A DNA stretch of 63,276 nucleotides, filler included, from Olpidium bornovanus S191 (GCA_017911155.1; 34 parts of 34 records of this genome joined end to end with filler, not necessarily neighbours in it); one strand, 5' to 3'. Numbered from the whole stretch's first letter, positions 12,210 through 25,606 are shown. Made by a program: numbers and translations. The notes: generated by a model not told the origin, from the sequence alone.

Positions 12210-13427
12210 CATCGAAGTGCCGGATAGCGAAGCCAGGCACAGTACCAGCAGTAGGTTGCGAGCAGCGTGATGCGTTATTGACGCCACTTCGCTCGGGAAC
12301 CAGATCTGCCGCTGTACACGCAAATAGACTCGACTCCGCGAAATTCGCCGTCGGTTAGGTTACGCACGCCGTGAGGTCGCAGATCTCCAGCACGACGCCA
12401 GCGGGGCCGCCTCGGATACAGTCGGAACAGAGAATCGCCGTTTAGAAGTGACGGCAATAAGCGTCTTCGCCAATAGCAATCGAGTTTGCGCTGCATATTG
12501 CTGGCTTTTATCACACACGCTCGAGAGCAACAGTGCAGGCGTGATTACGCGGTGCGAAGCGGCGGAATCCGGGCTGGAGTGGCGCTTTTTGAGCTGGCAG
12601 CGGCTAGCGCTGTTTTGCCGCAGGAGAGACTTAGATGCCAAATGTGTGTTTCCAGCGGCAAACGACCATTCGTTGGTGCTTGAGTCTCAGCGATCAACCC
12701 CGGCGGGGCAGCATAAACGACTCCTAAGCAATGCGTCACACCCGCCGAAGGCAGGCACGCGCCCTTCCAGCTCCGGATTGTTCCACAGGGCGGGCTGTAA
12801 GCCCCCAACGACCCTCGCCGCTGGGGAGGAGGTGTTTTGGCACGGGGGTTGGTGACAGCAGCGAAGTCCAGCGCCTGCGCACGGCGTGTTCTGTGGGCGT
12901 GGCGCCGCCGTCCGTTTTCCAGCCGAAATAAAAGAGCTCAGGCGAGAGAGACGCGGGGGGGGGGGGAAGGGGGGGGGGGGAGGGGGGGGGGGGGGGGGGA
13001 GGGGGGGGGAGAGAGAGAGAGAGAGGACACCCGCTGCTTGAAGGAACAGTCACGTGGGCCCGGCAGCCACGGGCGGAGCGAGAATAACGGATATGAAACG
13101 GGAACGCGCGCCGCAGGCAGAAACCTCCATTTCCCTGGACCGCCTGCGTGCCTCCCCCGCATCCGCTTTGACAAAAGACATAAACGTAACCAAAACAAGT
13201 TGCGGCTCGTTGAGCTAACGACGGAGGGGGGAGGCCCGTCGCCGTCGCCTGCTGACCCGTCCTTCTCCCCTGAAACCGCAGATGAGATGTTTTGATATGC
13301 GCTACACGCCACCCTCCGAAAATTAACACCCTGGATAAAATTATATTGGAAGGGGAAACAACAAAAGAAAAAAAAATCGTAAACGGTAGAGGAATCCCCG
13401 GGCGAAAATGCGAACACCCTGCTGCCG

Positions 13428-14684
13428 CTAAAAACGCGAGACCGGTTGCTGGGCCACTTCGTCTCCCGCGAAGCTGACCGACGACGGTCTCCGGTTCACG
13501 GACGTCGCGTGGGGCGCGTCTGCGTCCCAGCCGCGCGTCGCCTCGGCGAACGGCAGCACCATGTCCGGATCTCCCTCCGTGAGCGCCGCAGTCCTGATGA
13601 CCCCGCTGGCCCCGTCCAGGGCGGGTTGCAGGAACGGCGCTGCCTTCGATTTCCTTTTGCGCTCTCCGCCGGGCTTGTCTGCCGGCGAGGCGGCGGGCTT
13701 CCCCGACTCCGGCGGAGGGGGCGACGGCCGCAGCGTCGGGTCCCTCCAGCGGCGGTAGTAGCCGTGCGAGATCAGCAGGACCATCGACACGCCTGTCGTC
13801 GTGAACGTGATTATGATCGACATGTTCACGTCGAGCGGCAGCCCATACAGCCGGACCAGGAACCGGACGCTCAGGTCGCAGTACGTGGAGTCAATTGACA
13901 CGTTCCTGGTGGTCACCTCCAGGAGGAGGAAGTACTCCGGCTGGGAGTGGCGGTGCGGGTATACCCGGTGGCACGGGCTTCCGGACGCGCAGACCCAACT
14001 TTCGACAGTTAACAACGCGAACAGTCCCACGGAGGGTTGGGACGTGTAACAAATTTGTCAGATGTCCGGCATCAGCCGAGAGATCCCGCGTTTACCCGTT
14101 CCTTGTTTTCCTGTCCACTTACTGGACGTTGTTTTTGTCCAGTGACATTACCGGAGCGCCCGAATCCGGCGAGTAAGTCACGCCGTCATCCGCCGCGCCC
14201 CAGATCGGGGACAAACCCGAACCGATTGCGCTGGGATTGTACTTCACGATTTCGTCTGCCGAGAACACCGCGACTTCGTCCCTGCTGGCACCGCCTCCTA
14301 CGACGCGCATCTGGTAGTGGCCCAGGTACGGCGTCGAATTCCCTGCCACGAGGTCGTTGATCACAAACTCGGGTTGGAATGCTAGGGACACGAATGCCCG
14401 GGGTGGAAAGAGCGAAATGTCAGCGTTTCGCATCCTGGACGTTTAACACAGGGCTTCAATACTTTTCGCATCCGACCCCCCCCCCCCCTCCCGTGGTTCG
14501 ACGGGCAGCCGATAAGCGGGCGTTATGGTCGGTAGCATTCGCGCGCACTTGTCTCATAATATATGCACGGCACATCAGGGTCCGGAAGTATGCATCCGGT
14601 GAACATTTTGGGGTCCGGGGTGAATTCCATGCTGATTTTCGGCGGGCAGCCGCTGTATACGTTCATGACGTTGATGGTCTCGGA
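13428..14684 (-). CDS. CATSPERG: CatSper channel auxiliary subunit gamma-like protein, last 3 exons (C-terminal ectodomain, TM helix, cytoplasmic tail)
   Basis: Exons about 14684-14570, 14434-14123 (GTAAGT donor) and 13998-13428. YSGCPP..FQPEFVINDLVAGNSTPYLGHYQMRVVGGGASRDEVAVFSADEIVKYN..SPIW..DSGAPVMS../HWVCASGSPCH..PEYFLLLEVTTRNV..STYCDLSVRFLVRLYGLPL + TM is colinear with recalled human CATSPERG (GCPP..[87 protein letters not shown]). Confidence 0.85.
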
Positions 14685-15266
14685 CTATAATATATAAAAA
14701 ATTAAAGAGCGATCGTGGACGCGAACGCCGCATATGAGTTCCAAGTCCACGGCCAAAAAAAAGGAAAAAAAAAAAAGTAAAANNNNNNNNNNNNNNNNNN
14801 NNNNNNNNNNNNNNNNNNNNNNNNNNTTAATTAATTAANNNNNNNNNNNNNNNNNNNNNNNNNNNNNNNNNNNNNNNNNNNNCATGCGCAGCAGCTGGGG
14901 CAGCAAGCCCGGCCAATCCAACGCACCGTCTCCTCGTCTCCTCGGCCGTACTTTTGGAAGAACGGAGTCCGATGGCCCCAGACAAACTTCAGGCGGTCCG
15001 ACAAGGCGCAGAAGTGCGGTCGGGCGGTTTGCACCAAAAGGACGAGGTATACAATGCAGGATTCGAAAAATACAACAACGTCCTCGGCCCAGGCTCCGGG
15101 ATAATCGCTGTGAGGCGAGCACAAGAAAAGAGAGATGCCGACGACTTGGTGAGTAAAGTGGACGAAGCGACGATCGAGGCCCCGAACAACAAGAGACGAA
15201 ATTCAGAAAAAAAAAATAAGGAATACAGCGGTCTCCGATTAGCAGACGATTCGCCCGCAGAAGCAC

Positions 15267-16890
15267 TTACTCCCTGATATAACAGGCGTGCACCGCGTGC
15301 GGCAAGACTTCGTCGTTCAGCATTGTGTATTCGTCCTCGGTGATGTTCCCCGGGCAGTCCCCTCCAAACACGTTAGATCGGAACAGCCTACGGAGGAATT
15401 CCGCAAGCATCGAGCAGGGAATCCGTATGTCACCAACTGACGAAGTAACCGACGTGTGCGTTAATCGAACAGGAAACAAGGGGTGAGCAAAGTAGGCCAG
15501 GGAAACCAAACGACGAAAAGGCATATGACCTCCTTCCATTAACGGTGGAAAGGCGATGCCCGGTAAGGTCCACACCTTCCAGTTCCCGCACCATCCTCGG
15601 CCAGTCGGTCCGGAGATCTCTGATATGCGCGAGCTGCCTTCGAACGCCTCCACGATGGTATGAGGTGTGGAAGTTCCCCTCGGGTCTCGGGGCTTGGCCC
15701 CGCCCGCGGCCGTGCGCTTGGCGGTGCTGGGCCGCCGACACTGGCTGCAGGGTTGTACGCGTCCTCCGCGCTGTGGTGCGGAGGCGCCGCCTGTCGCGGG
15801 GCCTCTGCTGTACTTGCAGCTGCCTGATGAGCCTCCCCTTCTGGAGGTCGGCAACAAGCGGCGCGCCGTCCTCTTCTTCCTCGGTCGTCTCCCCAACGTC
15901 CTGCACTGACTGGTGCGACGGCTGCTCTTCCAGCTCCTCGCTTTCGACGGGATCCTCCTCGAGAACGTCATTCTCCTCCGTCTCGTCACCGTCCTCCTCC
16001 TCCGCGTCAGACGCGGGACAAGAGCGAAGCTCAGCGGACGACTCGGACGGCGAGCGTGCGGCTGCGATCCACTGCGCCGGCAATTCTTCCAAATCATCGT
16101 CGCTGCAGAGATCCGCGGGTTGCCCGTTCGGGGGGCTGGGCATCTCAGGAGTCGTGGCGCCGGAGCCCGCCGGAGACGCCGTACAGCTGGAGCCGCGCGA
16201 AGAGACCATCGCGACGTCAAGAGGGGAGGCACCGGGCGCCTCTACGCTGTGTCGCGTTCTGCAGGTGCCGTCGGGAAACTTCATGATGATTTGTTCGTCG
16301 TCTGCACCGGGACAGGCCGACGTTAAGTCACGGAATTGCGAAGTGTTGGGCAAACCCGGGAACCGAACCCAAAGGCGGTCGAGAAATGAGGCGAACAAAG
16401 CGAGACGACTTCGCCAAAACTGCAGCGCCGCTTGCGGGAGACGCGTGCGCAACCCACCTTGCTCGACAGGCCCACCCGGTGGTGTCGCCTCGCAGTCTTC
16501 GGCAGTCGTCGCACCAACACCCTCGACGTCTACACCGCCAGGCCCAGCCGGTGCGATGCATACGAAACCGCCGACGCGCGGGCTCCCGCTCCGCGCCGGT
16601 TCTTCCACTGGAAAGTCGGTGCCACCTGCCTGCGGCCCCATCCCAGCGTGGCGGTTCGGCGGGACCGGGGGTGGTTGAGATCCGAGTTGACCCCGCCGGG
16701 GTTCAGAGACACGGCCGCAGCTTGGAGAGGGGCGGGTGGGCCGGTAGGCGGTACGTCCGGCTTGCCGGAAGGCAAATCGCAGGTGGGAATGGGTGTGCGT
16801 GTGCGTGCTTGAGCGTCGGACGGCGACACGGGGCCCACTGCGACGCGCGGCGTTTTCGGGATCGCTTTCGCCCACGCGCGGGGCAGGCAA
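15267..16890 (-). CDS. Hypothetical protein with acidic low-complexity segment; overlapping ORFs, possibly frameshifted or repeat-derived
   Basis: ORFs 15430-16890 (acidic DAEEEDGDETEENDVLEED tract) and 15267-16232 overlap in different frames. No family recognised. Confidence 0.25.
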
Positions 16891-17027
16891 GGCGTAACAG
16901 GCAAAGACGGGGTGGGGGGGGGGGGGCNNNNNNNNNNNNNNNNNNNNNNNNNNNNNNNNNNNNNNNNNNNNTTAATTAATTAANNNNNNNNNNNNNNNNN
17001 NNNNNNNNNNNNNNNNNNNNNNNNNNN

Positions 17028-18036
17028 CATGATGCCAGCTACCGTGTGGAGAAGCTCGTCCGCGAATCCAACGCCAAGTGCGCGTCGGTGGCGCTTGGCT
17101 CGCCCGAAGGGTACGACATCGCTGACAAAGCGATTGCGGTGGCGGTCAGTGCAGGAACGTGGGTGCTGCTCAAGAACGTGCCCCTCGCAGCTTCGTGGCT
17201 GAATCAGCTCGGGAAGCGCCTTCACGGGTTGAATCCGCACCCACAGTTCAGACTCTTCCTCACCGTGGAGGTGAATCCTGGGGTGCCCTCCAACGTTCTG
17301 CGGATCTCGCGCGTCCTGATGTTCGAGCCGCCGCCTGGCATCAAGGCCAACCTGCAAGAGTCGCTCAACGGCCTTTCGCTGGCAAGGGTCAAACAACCGC
17401 CGAACGAGAGATCGCGGCTGTATTTCCTTCTGTGTTGGTTGCACGCCACGTTGCAGGAGAGGTTGCGGTACGTGCCGCTCGGCTGGACGAAGGCCTACGA
17501 GTATGATTCATCGGACCTCGACCTGGCGCTGGCGCTAGTCGACCAGCTGCTCGAGACGGTCGCCCAGGGGCGGGCGAATGTGAACCCGGAGTCTATCCCG
17601 TGGCGAGCGATCCGGACCCTTCTCTCGCAGTCGGTGTACGGCGGCAAGATCGATCACGAGTTCGACCTCAAAATCCTAGAAACTTTCGTTGGACACCTCT
17701 TTACGCCGCGGTCGTACGACGTAGACTTCTCGCTGCTCGCAGGGTCGAACCTCATCATTCCCGATGCCGTGAGGATTGACCAGTTCAAGGAGTGGGTCTC
17801 CGCCCTCCCGGCCCTTCAGCCGACGTCCTGGCTGGGGCTGCCGCAAAATGCCGAGAGGTTCCTCTTGGAGACGAAAGGTACGGGGCAAGATTTCGCGTGC
17901 CTTTTTCTCCACGTTCCTTTCGCGGCCTCTGACTCGGTTTACCGCCGGGGGTCTGCGTCGTCTTCAAAAAGGCATCGCCCTGCTCGCAAAACTCAAGCAG
18001 ATCTCCGCCGTAGACGATTTACCAGCGGTCGTTTAA
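17028..18036 (+). CDS. DYN1: Cytoplasmic dynein 1 heavy chain, AAA6 / C-terminal region (fragment)
   Basis: DASYRVE..VALGSPEGYDIADKAI..GTWVLLKNV.LA.SWL..FRLFLTVE..VLMFEPPPGIKANL..ERSRLYFLLCWLHATLQERLRYVPLGWTKAYE..VYGGKIDHEFD..SWLGLPQNAERFLL. Intron donor at 17879. Confidence 0.93.
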
Positions 18037-18521
18037 AATCGTAAGTTTTTTGAGTGAGAGGGATTCTCGCGACCAGTTCGACCCGGACCTCGGTCGGCCC
18101 GCTAAGCTGTCTTCTATTTCTCGGCGCATTTTCCAGGCTGCAGACACCTTGCATGATCGCGTGGCACGTTGTAAGCAACCATGTAACCGCATAGACAAAA
18201 GCACAGCAGGCTTCATCTGCAGAATAAACGCGTAAACCGCTCCGCTTCGACCAGGCCAGGAGATTTTGCCACCCGTTTGTCAGAGCGTTGTGCAGAGTGG
18301 CATGTGCGCACGGGAAAGCGGAAACTGCGGGTTGGCCCTTGATGTGCAAAGCGCGGTAGTTGCGGGGTAGTTTGCGGCCGCGTCCCCGTCGTTTTCCAGG
18401 GGGGATTCGAGACCGGGGCCGNNNNNNNNNNNNNNNNNNNNNNNNNNNNNNNNNNNNNNNNNNNNTTAATTAATTAANNNNNNNNNNNNNNNNNNNNNNN
18501 NNNNNNNNNNNNNNNNNNNNN

Positions 18522-19554
<1,033 letters not shown>

Positions 19555-20479
19555 GGCTGTGGGATGTGAGTGAGCGCGGGGAAGAGAGAGGCAGCGTGGG
19601 GGGGTTTGCGGAGGGGGAGGGAGGTGGGCGGGGACCGAGGTGGCGGGGGGAAGCGGGCGGATTTTCCCACCAGAAAAGAAACTCCTCAGACTCCCCCCCT
19701 CCCACACACACACACACACGCACCAGAAGAAAAAAATAAATGAGAAGAAAAAAATTCGCGTGGTCGTCGTCTGCCGGTTCCCGCCGCCGGCGAAAAAGGA
19801 ACGGTTCGGCGTCGCGGGGGCGGCGCCCGCCAAACCGTGGGGGCATTTTGCAACAAACTAACAAGCCGTACCGCAGAAAAAAATAAAACAAATGTCGCAA
19901 GCTGGCCCCCCCCCCCCCCTTGAAGCGCAGCCGGCAGCCGGGCTGCAGCATCACGTCGCACAAAACGCAGCAAAAACGCGTTGAGAGAGCAGCACTGGGA
20001 TGTTTGTGCGAAATCTGTCTCGGGTGCAGCCCTTTTGTCGTGGACGGGAGGGAGTCGCCGGTGGTCTCCGGTGCGCGAGATGCGGCCGCAGAGGAGAAAG
20101 AGCGTGCTGCTCGTTGCCGGCTGCGCGCCGGCAGCAAAACCTGAAAAAACAATGTGTACCTGAGAATTGTAACTCTGCAAGCACATCAGCACATCTTTTG
20201 TCATCTGACGTCATTGTCAGTACCCTTTCCTGGCTTGCTCGGGGATTGGCGAGGTAGAGTCAGGTCGGTCCGGTATGGCCGGATGTGGGAAGAGGCCGAG
20301 ATGGTCACAAAAAACGTTGAGTGCCGGGGTGGCGAGGCCGTTGGGTAAACTGTCCGCGAGGTTGTTTCCATCAATTTTCTCCGACTGGTTGATGCCGAAG
20401 TGGCGGCCCAGTTCATACCAACTGTGCACGAAGATTATGATAAGAAGGTTTAAGAGTTGACAGTAGGAAAGCAAGGGGA

Positions 20480-20656
20480 TTTGCGACTGTCTTGTGTTTA
20501 AGGCAAACGGTCAAGGCCGTCGTTGACTCCGGGAGCGAGATCACGGTTGCAGACGCGCAGTACTCCGGGAGCGAGATCACGGTTGCAGACGCGCAGTTGG
20601 CGGCAAAGGCAAAATGGTTTTTTGTGGCCCGCTCTAAAACTGGCAAATGTGCATGG
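20480..20656 (+). pseudogene. Retropepsin-like aspartic protease fragment carrying a perfect 36-bp tandem duplication (20526-20597)
   Basis: VKAVVDSGSEITVADAQ matches the retroviral/LTR protease D(S/T)G motif context. ACTCCGGGAGCGAGATCACGGTTGCAGACGCGCAGT occurs twice in tandem. Confidence 0.45.
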
Positions 20657-20819
20657 NNNNNNNNNNNNNNNNNNNNNNNNNNNNNNNNNNNNNNNNNNNN
20701 TTAATTAATTAANNNNNNNNNNNNNNNNNNNNNNNNNNNNNNNNNNNNNNNNNNNNCCCCCACGCAAAAAAAAAAAAAAAAAAAGGGTATCTTTCCCCCC
20801 CCCCCCCCCCACCCCCCCC

Positions 20820-20850
<31 letters not shown>

Positions 20851-21109
20851 AATCGCCGCCTTGTTCGGGGGAGAAAAAAGAAGGGAGAGGCGGCGGGAGG
20901 GATCCAACCGCCGCAGCCGTCCGTCCTCGCCTTCAAATTCAAAAAAAAAGAAACGGTCGAAAACACCCCGTAGTCAGCTCTCTTTTGCCCAGACTCTGCC
21001 CATTTTCCCCGCGGATTCTCCCCCGGTCTTCCCCCCCCCCCCGGTTCCACGCGGTCTTTTTTTCGAGACACACACTTCCCACTCTCCGACTTTGACTTTC
21101 CCTCCCCGT

Positions 21110-21960
21110 ATGGCGGTCGCGGACGTGCCGAAGATCGGGCGGTCCGCGGCTGCGGCGGCGGCGGCGGCGGACCGGGCCAAGGCGGCGGGGCCGAAAGCGA
21201 CGGCGGCGGCGCAGGGGGCCGGCCCGGACAGGGCGTCCAAGGGCCGGAAGGGTGGCGCCTCGAAGGCCGACAGGGCCGGAGCGGCGAAGGCCGGCCCGGG
21301 CGATCCCCGCGCCGCCTCCCCGGGCGACCCGGCCGGCCCCGCCGGCCCGGCCTCCGCCGCCGGAGGCGCCGCCCAAAACGGGGCGGCGCCCGGCGCCGAC
21401 GGCCGGGCCGGCCCGAACCGCAACGGCGGCGCCGCCGCCCAGAACGGCGACGCCCTCCCCGGCAGCCGCGGAGACAAGGACGCCGGGGGGGCCGCCGACG
21501 CCGCCGCGGACGAGGCGATCGAAGAGGAGGACTGGAGCGGCGAGATGAAACCGGCCGGTAAACCCACTTTTTTTTTTGTTCTTCTTCCTTTTTTTTTTCC
21601 GCTTGATTCCAAGGAAAAAGGTCATCCCCGGCCCTGCCTCTCTCTCCCCCGTCTTCGATTTCCCCCCGCCCCCCTGCCCCCGCCGTTCTGTTGACGACCC
21701 TCTTTCTCTCGGCAATTCCGGATATCTCTCTCTCTGTTTTTCTTTTTTTTTTTTCTTTGGCGACGCGTGCGCGCGCGCGCGCTCGGGCAGAGGAACCGGA
21801 GAAACACACTCCGTCCCAGCAGAGCTATCTCACGGCGTGCAGAGTGCTGGGCACCGTGCCCGTCTCGTACTTTCTCAAGCGGATAGAAAGCGCGAGCGTG
21901 GTCCTGAACCACCACGGCTTGGGGTCGAAAGGGGCGCAGGCGATCGCCGAGGCTTTGATG
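21110..21960 (+). CDS. LRRC74: LRRC74A/B-like leucine-rich repeat protein, 5' exons
   Basis: Exon 21110-21557 (Ala/Gly-rich), intron, then exon 21791-21960 YLTACRVLGTVPVSYFLKRIESASVVLNHHGLGSKGAQAIAEAL, matching recalled LRRC74A [41 protein letters not shown]. Confidence 0.75.
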
Positions 21961-22009
21961 GTGGGTGGGCTGCCCCTCGACAAAAGGGCGGTGGGAGGGC
22001 CGGTTTCTC

Positions 22010-22054
<45 letters not shown>

Positions 22055-22199
22055 GGGTTTTTTTTTTTTTTTTGTTTGGGGGGGGGGGGGGAGGGGGGGN
22101 NNNNNNNNNNNNNNNNNNNNNNNNNNNNNNNNNNNNNNNNNNNTTAATTAATTAANNNNNNNNNNNNNNNNNNNNNNNNNNNNNNNNNNNNNNNNNNNN

Positions 22200-23259
22200 C
22201 ATGGCTCGCCCCATTGCAGATCACGGCGCAGATTGAAATTCTCTGCCGTACCTGAGGATTGGCCATAATAATGGTTCGCATCAGTTCGGGATTAGACGTT
22301 AACGATCGCATCAAAGGCGTTTCCGATAGCTGGTCGCAATACGGCGAACGAAGCAAAAAAGTCCGGGATCACTACGTCAGCAAAGTGATAGAATCGCCTG
22401 GTGTGGAACTGTGGACATTTCACCTCCCACCGTACGAACCTGCCTCAACAATTCGTTGCGCCCACCAACCGGAGTCGACGTTGCTGCAGGCGCGCCCGCC
22501 TGATTCGACGCCTGCTCCTGTGCGCGGTTAGAAGCGACCTTCACCAGATGGATAGAGTCACCGTCCTTTATGCCTGCCAGCAGAGGGCGCAGGGCGCACG
22601 AAACAAAGATAAATCTATTAGTTCACCCGTGCCCAGACGCGTTGCCGCCCAGGTGCAGCAGTGAGTTTACCGTATTCACTGAGCAACCGGTCGCTATCCA
22701 GCGTTCGGCCGGCATAGACCAACTTCTGTTCGTCTGAAAACGAGGTTAAGGAGAAACGTCTGCCGGCCGTAAAATGCCGTTGGCAGCGGAACACGTCAAA
22801 TCCGCGGCCGTTGAAACCTTACCAGCAGTGCCGTTCGTCCGAGTTGCGATTTCGAGTTTGAGTTCGCTCACTAGTAGAAACGGAGAGTGAATATGGAGAG
22901 ATTCAACAGGGGTCGAGGGCCTGCCGTGCACCGCAGCGGAGGCAGGCATAGTGCGCTGGGCTACCTCTGGTCCGCTTAGGATCGAAGGTGAGCTCGACGG
23001 GGTCTGCGGCGACGCGACGTATCTTCACGGAACATTTTACCTCGCCGGCCATGGACGCCGGCCGAGGTCGACGCTCTTCCTCCCCCTGGTCGCCATCCTC
23101 GTCATCGTCGTCACCCCAATCCTGCGTTTTCGGGTCGAAGTCGCGCGCCTCGTCTGCGGCATAGCCTGCCCGGTCCCGCTCCTTCACGGGCACCTCCTCT
23201 CTCCGGTCTGTCGCTCCGTCAGCCCTTCCGCTCGCTGCCTCGTCGACGTTCCTCTCCAT
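22200..23259 (-). CDS. DSK2: Ubiquilin / Dsk2-like protein, 5' part (UBL domain + STI1 motif)
   Basis: Spliced UBL (VKCSVKI..VSELKLEIA..EQKLVYAGRTLDSDRLLSEY/GIKDGDSIHLVK) followed by LMRSLTSNPELMRTIIMANPQVRQ, the ubiquilin STI1 region. Confidence 0.8.
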
Positions 23260-25606
23260 AATTTCGTCCCTTTCTCTCTCTTGGTCAGCTGCCGTGAGAG
23301 CAAGCGCTCTTCGCCAAAACCCTGTGGTCTGTCGTTGAGCGTGAAGGATTCCCTCAAAAAAAAAAAAAAAAAAATCCCAACTAATTTTCTACTGAAATAA
23401 AGTACGTCAAAGTGGCGAAACTAGCGGTTACACGTGGGCTCACGTGATCCTGATTGTATAGGAAATCACTGCGCGGGACACACCATACCGCAAACAAGGC
23501 GCGTCGGTCGGATGCAGAGTCCAGGAGGGTCTGGGCCGACCGCGATCCACAACTGCGGGAGCATCCGATCCCAAAACACTTCCTTTGCCTTGTGTCGTGC
23601 CAATTCTTAGGTCGGAATCCGCGCCCACGATATCAAGCGTTGGAACCGCCGTGAGCGGTCGAACAGAACCGTCAATCAATGTGATACTAATACTATTACA
23701 TAATGTGTGTAATACGTGCGCTACGCTCTCCCGCGCAGGGCGTGCTGGCCTGAAGCGGAGCGGGTGGGTGGCTGGCCACCAGACTAGATTCATCATTTTG
23801 ACGTGCTTGTAAAAATACTAGTCTGCTTACGACTGCTTGGCGGCCTCGGTGAACATAATTGTACTATGTACTCTGACGGCAGAACGAGCTTTGTAGGCTG
23901 AAAGCAGAAGAATTGGCTTGGTCAACACCGAGGTGTGATGTATCCACAAGGCGGGTTAGGGCCCGGAGGATGGGTCGGGAAAACGGGACGTGCAGGCGCT
24001 GCCGCATTACGAGCGCAACTCAAGCGTTCTTGTCTACATCGGGCAACACGGTTTACGTGGAAACCGCAGGGGGGCTAAGGTCTGATTCGACGGTCCCGAC
24101 TGCATTTTTTTCTTCTCCCAATATCGCTGCCTCGGGGGCAGAGCGACCATTCGTCACAATTTTGCGCCCCAGCCCACGTCACCCTTCGGTTGATCGCAGC
24201 CTAAGCTTTCTTTTTATCTTGCGCCTTACGAAGAGCTCTAACGACTACAGAAATCCCGCCGTACGCGCAATTGAAAAGCCTATAACGCCTCCTTTCCCTC
24301 TATTCACTCAACGCGTCCGCACGCCCTTCCGTTCGACTGTTTGCTACCTCCTTTCTCCGTTCTATGAGAGGTTGCAGCTTTCGGCTGTGCCGAGCACATC
24401 CGGCGTGCCGGACAGGGTAGCGGCAACGTGCGCCTCATTTGCAATGAGGTGGTGCATCATGCGCCTAGGAGAGGCTGTCACCTCCATCGGCATGGATTGC
24501 TGGAAGGCCCAATAAAGCTATGCGCTGCATGCACAGTGCGCGTTGGCAGGAGACGCAGTGAGGCGAAGGGGAAGGACATTGTTGGGGTAGAATTGCGGGT
24601 GGGGAAAAACTGAAGTGGCTGAGATGCCTTTTAAACAGTTTGAAGGCGCTTGCGCAACACGACAAAAAAAGAGATGAGGGAGAAAGAGAATCCGGCGACG
24701 AACGACGGCAGCTTTGTGGGAGCTAGAGGAGCTGCGCATTAATAACGATTTGCGAGGGAGCTACGAATGTTGAAAACATTAAATCAATTAATAGTGCAAT
24801 ACAATGTTTTTGCAGCGACGACCTCCCGCATGACCACAGCGCCTTGCAACGGGACAAATGCCGGATGAGATGCGCCACCCCTGAACCAAATGGAGGAATT
24901 TGGATTGCGCCCCATGTGACAAAATGCAACCAGCAAAATGCAGGATCCTGGATCCCAAAAGAACTAGGGGGCTGGCACTGTTGTGGACAGGTGGATTGGA
25001 GGTCCAGGGGTGTAGAACACCATGGAAGTCCATAAAACAGGGGCTAGCGCCAGGAGGGGTGAGCGACAATTCGCGGCACATGAGTAGAATCCAGGATGCT
25101 AAGTCCTGGATGAGAGAAACGGGGAAGTGTTAGGGCCCATAGCTACAGAAGCGGAGCCGGAAGTGTAGGAGTGGGAGCGGGAAGCGGGAGCGGGGAGCNN
25201 NNNNNNNNNNNNNNNNNNNNNNNNNNNNNNNNNNNNNNNNNNTTAATTAATTAANNNNNNNNNNNNNNNNNNNNNNNNNNNNNNNNNNNNNNNNNNNNGA
25301 AGCAAGTCCCCCTTGCGTCTGCGCGCAAAAACTTAATTCTTTCTCTATTTTGGAGCGGGAAGCGCCGTTCGGCGGCCGCGATCGTCAACAAGACGACTCG
25401 GACTCTAAGGGCCCATGGAAGGCTGGGCCTATAAAACCCAACAGAAAGCGAAGCCAGATAAAATTGGGATTGCGGAAAATTGAACAGCCGTATTACGAAG
25501 TCAACTGAAAATCCGGTGTACGTCATCGGGCGGATAGCCAGTTTTCAGCTTGGTCGGGACAGAGGATTAAGGAAATAGGAAAAGGTGTGTAAGCGTTTGG
25601 ACGCTA

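Noticed and set aside
12300-13330. Additional gene between MTF1 and the CatSper-gamma-like gene
   Set aside because: Only short ORFs and homopolymer tracts; no consistent exon chain or motif found.
15267-16890. Transposase or gag assignment for the acidic ORF
   Set aside because: No DDE, CCHC or other diagnostic motif could be identified.
17028-18036. Axonemal dynein heavy chain
   Set aside because: DASYRVE, ALGSPEG, FEPPPGIKANL and LRYVPLGWTK are cytoplasmic dynein-1 type; axonemal chains have SLGQGQG and EPP.GL.ANL.
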